Shown here piece by piece: positions 1-9,975 of a stretch of 51,510 bases of DNA (position 1 is its first letter; every line of letters starts with the position of its first letter). The notes under the pieces are model-generated. The model had not been told where the DNA came from, searched no databases, and was given only the letters and a program-made list of their open reading frames with translations. This DNA comes from Octopus bimaculoides (Eukaryota), in contig NC_068981.1 in the NCBI RefSeq assembly GCF_001194135.2, forward strand, positions 72,108,142 through 72,159,651. Reading direction: 5' to 3'. Both the position numbers and the translations under genes were made by a program.

Positions 1-13
1 AAACATTCACCTC

Positions 14-49
14 CCCTAACCCTAAACCCTAACCCTAATCCCTAACCCT
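14..49 (+). repeat. Degenerate telomere-like (CCCTAA)n array
   Basis: ccctaaccctaaaccctaaccctaatccctaaccctt; about 5-6 imperfect units. Confidence 0.8.
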
Positions 50-1002
50 TAATAAAATATGGGAAAAGCTGGAGATGAATGTTTTGAAAACATTCTGAAC
101 TATCTTTCAGAATGGTTTACTTTTCAATGAAATGTCATTTTGTTATTTTTCATGTTTTTATTCAATTAATCTGCAATTTTCTTCTTGTATTAGATGGATA
201 ACCCACCCTCCATTTACAGCAAGTAGCGCGCGTCTTGTTTTTTTTACCTGTGTGCTAAATTCGACTACTTACGACTAACGCAGGCGCATGCGCAAATTTG
301 TGACATGCACACTCTCAGAACTCGGATCCACACTTCTCCAGTAATGCCAAATTTTGAAACTGAGTTTGCACCCCCTAAGCAAATTTTGTTCCCGGGCCAC
401 TGTAAGTAGATGAAAGATGGCTTCAAGGAAACGTTCAGATGTATACTCACTTAAAAAGCAATTGAAAAACATGGTTTTGTATTCGAAATGTGTTGGTATA
501 TGGCGAGTAAATTGATAGAAATGATGTTCGGTTGAGTTAGAGTTATTTCATACAATGTGTTATAAATTTATACATTTTGATCAGCTTTTCACGAATATAA
601 AACGAACACCATCCATGACATATGTAGGTTAATGAGGAAGACATTAGCAAGAAAATGTGTTATAATTTATCTAGAAGAGGATCATATTTTTGAAGCATTT
701 TTATTTTGGTGAGGTCTCTGCGATTGATGTCTGAATGAGGATTCATACAAAAACAAAACAAAGGTGAGGCTAAGTGGTAGAGAGTTTCAAATCCTGGGGT
801 AGAAAAAGTGGATGAAATTTTTAGTAAAATCTTGAAGATGAGGCGATATAGCATTTAGAAAACATCGGGAGATGGGTGTATCGTGTGGTACGCAGCCTGT
901 TAGTTTAGAGGAGAAGAAACCGCTAAAATAGGGGTAGAAACAAGAGAAGTAGGCGCATTCCAGTGGTGGGCTAATAACTCAAGCTCAATGCAGAATGAAA
1001 AT

Positions 1003-1166
1003 TTATTCTTTTCTACTCTTGGCACAAGGCCCGAAATTTTGGGGGAGGGGGCCAGTGGATTAGATCGACCCAGTACGCAACTGGTACTTAATTTATCGAC
1101 CTCGAAAGGATGAAAGGAAAAGTCGACCTCAGCGGAATTTGAACTCAGAACGTAAAGACAGGCGAA
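1003..1166 (-). mobile_element. SINE family 1 (tRNA-headed), body lacking its 5' head
   Basis: Minus strand reads ttcgcctgtctttacgttctgagttcaaattccgctgaggtcgacttttcctttcatcctttcgaggtcgataaattaagtacc...ccttgtgcc, with a B-box-like GAGTTCAAAT. It matches many other copies in the window. Confidence 0.9.
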
Positions 1167-1869
1167 CAGCTGCAAATAATCAGTTCTAGGGGTTGGTGTC
1201 TCCACCAACCATATCCGTTTCGTTATTATATTTTCATCAAGTTCTTTTATGCACTCGAAGCATCTTTCAGCACATTTCTCTGGCATTTTCACTCTTATTA
1301 TTTCTTCTAACCTCTCGACCCTTCTCTCCATCTGCTCGCAATTATCGTACTTTATCAAAACCCCCTTGTATTTCACATCTTTATCCGTTCTCTCCTCCTC
1401 TTCTTGTACATTATTAGTTTCTGGCTTTTTTTATCTCTTTTTTGTTTTCTGTTGACTTATTTTTCCTTCGCTTTTTAGGGTTAGTAGCTCCATTTTCGTT
1501 CTTCTCATTTGTTTTCTCTGTTTCACACTTCTGTCTCTCTTTTATTTCCTCAATGTGGTCTACAATTTTTTCCTCCTCTGCTTGTGCTTTCTCTTGCTGT
1601 GGCTGTGTGAACTCGACTACGACATTTAACGTTTTCTCGTCCTCCACTTATATCTGGTAGGGAATTCTTTCTATGTTCTCGAATGTGGCAAAAAGCCACA
1701 TTTCGAGTCCAAATCCCACCATTTGCACACTTGATTTCGCCACTGGTCCCAATTCCGGCTCCTCCTTGGTTGCAGCCAACGCTGTTGCAACCAACCACTC
1801 TGGTTTAAGTTCTGGTGTAACTCTGGGAATTCGTATTTTCAAACTTCTTCCTCTATAGCTTGGTAGCAA
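1167..1869 (-). pseudogene. Element B: 5'- and 3'-deleted copy of the ORF1 (gag-like) retroelement at 8331-9962
   Basis: Near-identical to about 8859-9667 (e.g. KPEWLVATALAATKEEPELGPVAKSSVQMVGFGLEMWLF). It has a TAA at 1648-1650, a homopolymer frameshift near 1406-1412 and several internal deletions. Confidence 0.92.
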
Positions 1870-2081
1870 ACAGAGGTTTACACAGGACAGATGATTTCCA
1901 CAGCAGAGCATATTGTTTCGTTGTGGTCTCACATAACAATATCCGACCGGTTGTGTTTTAACTTGGTGGCTGTTTTAATTTGTAAGTTTCACTAATATTC
2001 TTTTGATCTATCGGTCTCAATATGGTCAGCTTCATCTGTAGATATTTTCTTTGTTGTTATCCTGAATGTATGTATGTGTGT

Positions 2082-2447
2082 GTGGAGGCGCAATGGCCCA
2101 GTGGTCATAGGATCGCGGTTTCGATTCCCAGACCGGGCATTGTGAGTGTTTATTGAGCGAAAACACTTAAAGCTCCACGAGGCTCCGGTAGGGGATAGTG
2201 GCGAACCCTGCTGTACTCTTTCACCACAACTTTCTCTCACTCTTACTTCCTGTTTCTGTTGTGCCTGTAATTCAAAGGGTCAGCCTTGTCACGCTGTTTC
2301 ACGCTGAATATCCCCGAGAATTACGTTAAGGGTACACGTGTCTGTGGAGTGCTCAGCCACTTGCACGTTAATTTCACGAACAGGCTGTTCCGTTGATCGG
2401 ATCAACTGGAACCCTCGACGTCGTAAGCGACGGAGTGCCAGCAACAA
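2082..2447 (+). mobile_element. SINE family 2 (tRNA-derived head, CAA-type tail)
   Basis: Starts gtggaggcgcaatggcccagtgg (A-box-like), has ggtttcgattccc (B-box-like) and ends ggagtgccagcaacaa. Matches the copies at 12299-12591 and 28426-28807. Confidence 0.9.
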
Positions 2448-2739
2448 TATATGTGTGTATGTGCGCAGATATTGTACTGTATTTTTTAAAGTGACTGGGG
2501 ATGGATACACGGAAGTTTTTTTCAGTCTAGGTACTTAAGTTTTGGAGTGTCTTCTATCTAGGTTTATCATAAGCTTATTGCGCGAAGAAATTTCTAGCAG
2601 CATTCCAAATCATCTGAATAACTCTAAACTTGTCATATTTTGATCTGGTATACATTTTGTCAATTCAAGAGGAACTAGTCAACAACTACTCTTGTCTTTC
2701 ATATTTATATCAGAATCAACACCTTTTACATACAGGCAT

Positions 2740-2990
2740 GCATAAATACTCACACACACACACACACACACACACTCTCTTTCACACGCACACACACACA
2801 TTCAAAATATCTAGTTCGCAAATTTTATTTACTTGTGAATATTCGCATCGTGATACTATTAGTTACGATGACGAAATAATAAGAATCACAGTTTATAATA
2901 TCTATCTGTCCATCTCCACATACACACACATACATATGCATACACACACATACATATGCACACACACACATACACGCACATACTCATATA
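2740..2990. repeat. (CA)n-rich microsatellite region
   Basis: Direct inspection. Confidence 0.85.
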
Positions 2991-3253
2991 TACCCTACTT
3001 GTTATGCACATATATCATTGAAAACATCTCACTTCTTCCGAAGTATTGGATTTCATCTGATGAATTTAAGTCACGTAAGAACTACAACTTACAGCGAATT
3101 TAAAATTAACTTTTTTTTTAATCTCTCAACTTATCTCTTCCTCTCAAACAAAAACACAAAATTCCAAAATCATTAAATTTAAAGATTATGTGTATATATA
3201 ACATACTCAAATTGCCTACATACTTACAGATATATTTATAAAGAAAATGTCTA

Positions 3254-3255
<2 letters not shown>

Positions 3256-3298
<43 letters not shown>
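3256..3298. repeat. (TA)n microsatellite
   Basis: Direct inspection. Confidence 0.95.
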
Positions 3299-3300
<2 letters not shown>

Positions 3301-3329
3301 AACATACATATATGCACACGTACACATGA

Positions 3330-3431
3330 AATATTAATAGTAACAGTTTACTTCAAAGTTTCGCCATTATAACTGGCTTTTTAGAACAGTTTTAATGGCG
3401 AAACGTCGAAGTAACAGTCTCTATTAGTATT
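3330..3431. repeat. Imperfect palindrome, MITE-like hairpin
   Basis: Left arm aatattaatagtaacagtttacttcaaagtttcgccatta pairs with right arm taatggcgaaacgtcgaagtaacagtctctattagtatt. Confidence 0.7.
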
Positions 3432-3621
3432 AAAATAATATTTTCGACTTTACAAGTAGTATTTGGGTCCATCATTGAGTGTATGCTTAAATGTCTAGCG
3501 TATCAAAAAATAAAAAAAAGGGTATATATATATAGTCGAATAATCCATTACTGGTTAAGACAAATAACTAGTTAGAATGTTACTGTCGGTTTTCGCACGG
3601 GCTACTGCATTCGGCAACATT

Positions 3622-3829
3622 AATTTCAAATTTTGGTACAAATCCATCAATATCGGAGGGGGTAGTGAAGTCGATTACATCAACCTCAGTGTTCAACTTA
3701 TTTATCGATCTTGGAAGGATAAAAGGCAAAGTCGACCTCGGTGGAATTTGAACTCAGAACGTGAAGGTGGATGAAATGCCGCTAAGCATTTTGTTCAGAG
3801 TGCTAGCGATTCTGCCAGCTCGTCGTCTT
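3622..3829 (-). mobile_element. SINE family 1, near full length
   Basis: Head aagacgacgagctggcagaatcgctagc, B-box gagttcaaattcc, central ctttgccttttatccttccaagatcgataa. Confidence 0.88.
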
Positions 3830-4069
3830 TGCATTTGACAACATTGACGACTCTTTAGATATGGTGGTCGGAAGCGCATAACCTCTTTGAAGTTGGAGGC
3901 ATATATAAACACCCTGGTTGTTAAAGAAAAGAACCTGAACGAAACAACGAAACAATTTTTTCCGGGAGAAAAAAGAAAGTTACCTCTCATGGATTGATGC
4001 ATGTCATGATTAAACGTGTTGGTTTTGTGTGTATACGTGTGTGTCGTTCTCTAACCCAAGAATAGGGAT

Positions 4070-4520
4070 GACTATGTTGCTAAAACGATTTTTGGTTCAT
4101 TAGATCAACATTGGAATATTTCACTTTTTGTACTCAGGAAATCACTTGGATTGTGTAAAAATAGAAGAATTCTTTTTTCCGCCATGCAAGCTTGCGACGC
4201 CTACTGACATTCAGATATAGTCTAGATCGTTATAGCAATTTCCAATTGATTTTATACGGTATTACTTCCTCTTTTGATCACCAAAACGTTTTAATACTGT
4301 GCCTTTCATTAACTCTAAAAGAGGATCTGTGATTATTCAGCCTGGCATTAAAGGAGCCCTCCGTTGTTTCGACATATTTCTGTAAGTGTCGCTCTTTTGT
4401 TGTTGGGTGAGACCACCTCTGCTTCATGGACTGCAGTGTTGCATTGACCATTCTCTGGGCACTCACTGTAAACTCAACATGAGCATCCTTCTCGTTGTAA
4501 TAAGCAGGCCGCTGTGTCAA
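4070..4520 (-). pseudogene. Penelope-like element, GIY-YIG endonuclease relic
   Basis: Minus-strand peptides KYVETTEGSFNARLNNHRSSF and CMAEKRILLFLHNPSDFLSTKSEIFQC resemble the Penelope GIY-YIG core and the C-terminal C..C.AEK...LLNKRSE motif. Confidence 0.65.
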
Positions 4521-5609
4521 AAACAAAAAAAGAAAATCTTTATTTGAGAGATGTATGTGCGCGCACACTAGTAGCTTTGTAGTTATTGTGAGAAGAAAAC
4601 TTAATTTAGTATAGAAAAGTGAATGTCTCATATATATAACTTCAATAGTTCTCAAACTTACAAATTTAATAAGTAGCGTCTTTAAAAAGTAAAGATTTTT
4701 TTATTTTTAGGATAATGTATATTAAAATCATAATTTTCTTAAGAACGTTACCCACAAAACTGAAGTGAAAATATTAAATGTAGAATCGAAATTACACAGG
4801 GACTCGCCAGGAGCTTACATTTGCCACTATCTAATTTTCGAAATTATGGATTTATCTCAGTTTTTCAATTAATAAAAATATCTTGGAATAACATTTTTGT
4901 CAAATAACACTTTTATTAGATTTAATCGTGAAGATTAAAAATTATACGATCGATTTATGATTTACTTTATATGCTACCTCAGTTTCATTTATCATAAAAA
5001 ATACATAAAAATCAGATTAGTCTTCAAAAATGTCCCAGAAGTGAAGCACTTACCGAGCATTTATGAAGTGCGTACCTATTTTATATTCCTCTAGAACATG
5101 TGATAAAAATAACAAGTGTTAGACATTTGAAGTATTAAGTACAATATTTCAATAATCAAACCATATAAAACTAAATACGTGTTTACTAGCAGAAATTTCT
5201 GTCGTCAGCTGTCTCAATACTAATATATTCTTCACGCTTAAAAGGTTATTAAAACAATTCTTCTTCACTCATATTTGCTTCACTAATATCTTTTAATTAG
5301 TTATAAATGCGACTAGTTTCAGGTTGTTCATTAGAATGTCTAGCAATACCATCCGTTTCATCGTCACCTTATAATATTTAGCTATTGATCTCAGCAGTTT
5401 CTATGAGGAAAAAATATAAGCGTCTTCACTGTTGAGTTGCAAGTTTCTATGCCGTCACTGCCCTTGTTCTGTAGTCCTTTTCCCGTTAATTGTTAGCAAC
5501 GAATGAAAACAAAGAAGGGAGGGAAGGATTTAGCTATTTATCGAATTCGGTGACAATTTCACGTATATTTGTCTATTTACATAATTATCGAATCATTTAA
5601 AAATATTCG

Positions 5610-5812
5610 TTTCAAATTTTGGCACAAGGCCAGCAATTTCGGGAGAGGTGGGTAAGTCGATTACATAGACCCCAATACTCAACTGATACTTATTTTATCA
5701 ACCCCGAAAGGATGAAATCTGAACACAAATTTGAACACAAAATGTAAAGTCGGAAGAAATGCCTCTAAGCATTTTGCCATTCACGATAAAGATTCTGCCA
5801 GCACGCTACCTT
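5610..5812 (-). mobile_element. SINE family 1
   Basis: tttcaaattttggcacaaggccagcaatt...gattctgccagcacgctacctt. Confidence 0.88.
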
Positions 5813-5864
5813 ATACATACAAAATTTTGGCTTCAAATTTTAGTACAAGGCCAGCAAACCACCT

Positions 5865-6100
5865 TCAAATAGTTGATTCACCTACAGCGTCATCACTATA
5901 AGCTTCAAAAATATTTTTGCAAGTCTTTGCAGCATTTTCTCCCTTTTTTTTTAAAAAAAAAAAGAAAAGCATTACCATGCAAATATGACATTTTTGTTTA
6001 TCCATTTCAAATGTGAATAAAGGGTAACCTGAATGAAAGATAAATCTATTTATAGTCGGGAACAAGGAAAAGATGCACTACCTCTTCAAGCAATGCTAAG
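5865..6100 (-). pseudogene. Mariner transposase N-terminal relic
   Basis: MDKQKCHICMVMLFFF...KKGENAAKTCKNIFEAYSDDAVGEST resembles the mariner HTH N-terminus. ATG at 6005. Confidence 0.7.
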
Positions 6101-6184
6101 ATTTTAATTGTGTTGCGTTTCAGATGTCTTTTCATGAAGAGCTAAAAGATTTAGCTTAAAAATGCTCAGAACTTTCCGGACAAC

Positions 6185-6308
6185 CTAATAGTTTATCGAC
6201 CCCCAAAAGGATAAAAGGCAGTCGACTTCGCCGGAATTTGAACTCATAACGTAAAGGCGGGAAGAATGCTTTGTGGCATGCTAACGATTCTGCCAGCTCG
6301 CCACCTTA
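6185..6308 (-). mobile_element. SINE family 1, 5' portion
   Basis: tttatcgacccccaaaaggataaaaggcagtcgacttcgccggaatttgaactc...gattctgccagctcgccacctt. Confidence 0.85.
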
Positions 6309-8277
6309 AGCTATTAAAATGCTAAAATATATTTAAGTTATTGGGAAGAAAACTCTGAACGTGTTCCACTTTGATTGTAGCTTTTCAGCAAAATACATAT
6401 TTCCCCGTAATTTACCGAAACAGTGTCGAGTGAATCGAAAAGTAAACCTACTAAATTTATTGGTTTATCTGTTTATTTTGTAATTTCAAATAATAATTTT
6501 AAGCAATAATGGCTGATAAAACTGAAGAAACACGTTTTTCTAAGGGTGTAGGAACTAATAATAATTTCATACATAAATGAAGAATAAAATATATTTGAAC
6601 GTAAAGCAAGATAAAATTATTTATTATTACATTTTCAAATTTTGATTCTATTCGGTTAATTTAATGGCTGGCAATAGCGATTCTTGCATTTTAATATGTT
6701 GACATGGAATGTATTTTGTTCCGTATTTGTCTTGAAGAAACAATGCTGTATTTCATAGTCGAATATCCATCCGCTCGTAATACCGATCATGCTATCGTAC
6801 CAGTTTTCACTTAATGTAACTACGCATGTAACGACCTAAGAGCCTTTACGTGTCTGCTTAACCGACTGGAAATAGAAACCAAATCTTTCGCAAGAAGGAA
6901 CATATTTGCTAATGTAGTTCTAGGTATGAAATGTCCAAGAGAAAATGCATAGTCGTATCTGGTAAACTTCTTATCATAGGTCTGTAAAATTAGAACTAAC
7001 TTGAGGCTAAACAACCCCGATGACGACAACAACAGCAACAAAAGTAAATCAAGTGGGTAATTGGGGAAATACAGACTACAATTTGGTAAATAATGTGTCA
7101 CAGTTTGTGTCAAAATTTTAATCTATTTTAAAACTGAACATCGATCTTATCACTAGCGCTGCTCCACTTCCTCTAACTTAATATCTGCCTGCAGAGGGAT
7201 GAAATTAACTATCGTTATGTATTGCCGTACTCTATCGCTTCTGTTATGGAATATTGCCAAGTTTTAATTTCTAAATTAAGAGATGTAGATATTGGTTGTA
7301 ACCAATTCATACTAATGAAATTATCGTAGCTAGGATTAAAATGACGTTGGTCACTATAGAAATAGTAGTGTAAGCCACCCATACTTTCGAGACGTTACAA
7401 TGACAGCTAAACAATTTTTCAATGCCTTATCGAAGCTTAATCAAAATTGTCTGCTGAAATTTCGTTATCCGATAGTTCAGTTTCTGGGAATTATATGTAA
7501 ACAAATTACAGTACAGAAGCAATAATTTAGATTCAAGCTGGTAAGCAACTACTAAAATATTACTGGACCGTTATAAGACTCCTGTTGCAATGTAAAAATG
7601 TTACAACAAATACAAAACGAAAAATAAGTGTTGTTTCTATGCTAATACATTGAGCAACCAAAGAATGAAGTTAAGAACACCTTCATGCTTCCAATATTGT
7701 TCCTCATTACAACAACCACACAGCAGGACGCCAAGATTTCCATTCGAGTGAGTGTAATACAATTAACTACATAATATTCTAAGGAATTACTATTAACTCT
7801 TAAATGTTATTAATGTTTGAATAACTTCCAAGCAATCATTTACTATAAACGTATGTCTTTTAACGTTAAACATAGTTATCTTTTCACGATAGACATATTC
7901 GTCTTTTATTGCGTATGTAAGGATAATGAGTTTGGAAAACAGAAAATATTTTGATGAAACATTTTTATTCTTCCAACGATATATCATCTTAGACTAAATC
8001 GATCACCGAAGCAATCAGTTCTTTGCATACGATTTTACACAAAACGTATGTTTTCCTAAGGCAATAATTTAGAAGTGAAGAAATGATGTTTATTTAATAA
8101 ACCTTTGATTTATTAAGTCAACATCCTTTTTCTAAATTACGTTTACTTTATAAACCAATTATTATTGTATCTAATTGTTTGTTAGCTGAGGTTGACAGAT
8201 ATGGATTGGAGAGGAATGTTTATCAGAATTACATTTGAGATCACAAAGAATAACTATTATAATTGTTATTTTTAATA

Positions 8278-8330
8278 AAGCGGCGAGTTGGCAGAATCGT
8301 TAGCACGCCGGTCGAACTGCTTCGCGGTAT
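8278..8330 (+). mobile_element. SINE family 1 head, left part of a SINE split by two insertions
   Basis: aagcggcgagttggcagaatcgttagcacgccggtcgaactgcttcgcggtat. The body resumes at 11744. Confidence 0.9.
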
Positions 8331-9962
8331 AACGGCTCTGTGAATTATTGTGAATACTGTTGTGTTACTTTGTGAAAACTGTCTCGGTAAATAATTGTGA
8401 TTTTTGTGGAATTATTACGGTTACGTTTCACGTGAGCTGCTACATTTTCCCCAGCTATGGCAAGTGGTAGTGTCGCCAGTATGGAGAGCTATACCAAGGC
8501 CACTGTGGTGAGGAAGCCAGTGCCGCTAGAAACCAAGTTAATCAAGTTGGATATGGAGGAGGTGACCAGAAGCAGGAATTTGATAGAAGTTGAGGGAGAC
8601 TCATAAAAATTGTGTACCCCAAAAGAAACTAAAGAAAATAAAATTCTGAGGACAGTAGTGTATGGTACACAGGCTGTCGAAACCTGTAAAATTGAAATGG
8701 TGACGGAAGAGGAAATCGAGGAGTGCCTGGGTGAAATTGTCAATGAAGCCACGTACATCAACAGAGGAAGAAAGTTTGGTACGGTTGAGGTGAGGTTCGC
8801 CACTATAGAAGAGGCAACCAAGCATGCGACCAACATTTTAAGAAGTGAAAAAATAGCATTGCTACCAAGTTATAGAGGAAGAAGTGGTGTGAAAATACGA
8901 ATTCCTAAAGTTACACCAGATATTAAACCAGAGTGGTTGGTTGCAACAGTGCTGGCTGCAACCAAGGAGGAGCCGGAATTGGGACCAGTGGCGAAATCAA
9001 GTGTGCAAATGGTGGGATTTGGACTCGAAATGTGGCTTTTTGCCACACTCGAGGACATAGAAAGAATTCCCTACCAGATAGAAGTGGAGGACGAGAAAAC
9101 GTTAAATGTCGCAGTCGAGGGAAGGAAACCAAATTGTTACATATGCGGGGAGAGAGGTCATATGAAGACCAAATGCCCCCTATATGAGTTCACACAGCCA
9201 CAGCAAGAGAAAGCACAAGCAGAGGAGGAAAAAATTGTAGACCACACTGAGGAAATAAAAGAGAGACAGAAGTGTGAAACAGAGAAAACAAAGGAGAAGA
9301 ACGAAAATGGAGCTACTAACCCTAAAAAGCGAAGGAAAAATAAGTCTAAAGAACGGTCAACGGAAAACAAAGAGATAAAAAAGCCAGAAACTAATAATGT
9401 ACAAGAAGAGGAGGCGAGAACGGATAAAGATGTGAAATACAAGGGGGTTTTGATAAAGTACGAGAATTGCGAGCAGATGGAGAGAAAAGTCGAGAGGTTA
9501 AAAGAAATAATAAGAGTGAAAATGCCAGAGAAATGTGCTGAAAAATGCATTTTGATACGTGAGGAAAGATGCTTCGAGTGCATAAAAGAACTTGGTGAAA
9601 ATATAATAACGAAACGGATATGGTTGGTGGAGACACCACCCACTAGAACTGATTATTTGCAGTTGTTAAGGACGGACGTAACAATGATTAATGGAAGAAA
9701 GGTAAGGCGAGTGTTTGAAGTTTTTGAGTTAGAAAACCGTTAAAATGTTTACATGACGTTGAACGTAAAAGTGAAAAACTGGATAAATGTAACCACCCGA
9801 CTTTGGGGATCGAGTGGACATTGCGCCTCATTTTTTTCATTCTTGCATATTATCATTTTATTTTAGTTACCCCGATTTTATGCTTGCGTTTTGTACTGTC
9901 TTTATGTTTTGTGATGTCTTAAAAAAATTCTTTGTATAGCCCTTCATGGGTAGTAAAGAAAT
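8331..9962 (+). mobile_element. Element A: 1.63-kb ORF1-only Tx1/L1-like non-LTR retroelement
   Basis: Flanked by a cggtat direct repeat (8325-8330, 9963-9968). Contains a single gag-like ORF and a roughly 220-nt 3' UTR ending gcccttcatgggtagtaaagaaat. No RT or endonuclease coding capacity and no assembly gap inside. Confidence 0.85.
8457..9743 (+). pseudogene. ORF1 / gag-like nucleic-acid-binding protein (RRM-like region, CX2CX4HX4C knuckle, charged linker, C-terminal domain), 428 codons with one in-frame stop
   Basis: ATG at 8457 is in frame with the 8610-9743 ORF, with a single TAA at 8604-8606. Knuckle CYICGERGHMKTKC at 9135-9176. RRM-like segment KFGTVEVRFATIEEA. Confidence 0.85.
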
Positions 9963-9975
9963 CGGTATTTCGTCT

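Noticed and set aside
14-49. True telomere
   Set aside because: Short, degenerate and embedded in an inverted repeat with normal sequence continuing.
265-402. DNA-transposon terminus (reverse complement starts CAGTGGCCCGGG)
   Set aside because: No partner TIR or TSD found in the window.
660-1000. Penelope RT fragment
   Set aside because: Only vague resemblance by eye; no diagnostic motif.
900-1376. 158-aa ORF as a host gene
   Set aside because: It is a chimera of element B's ORF1 tail read into SINE and flanking sequence.
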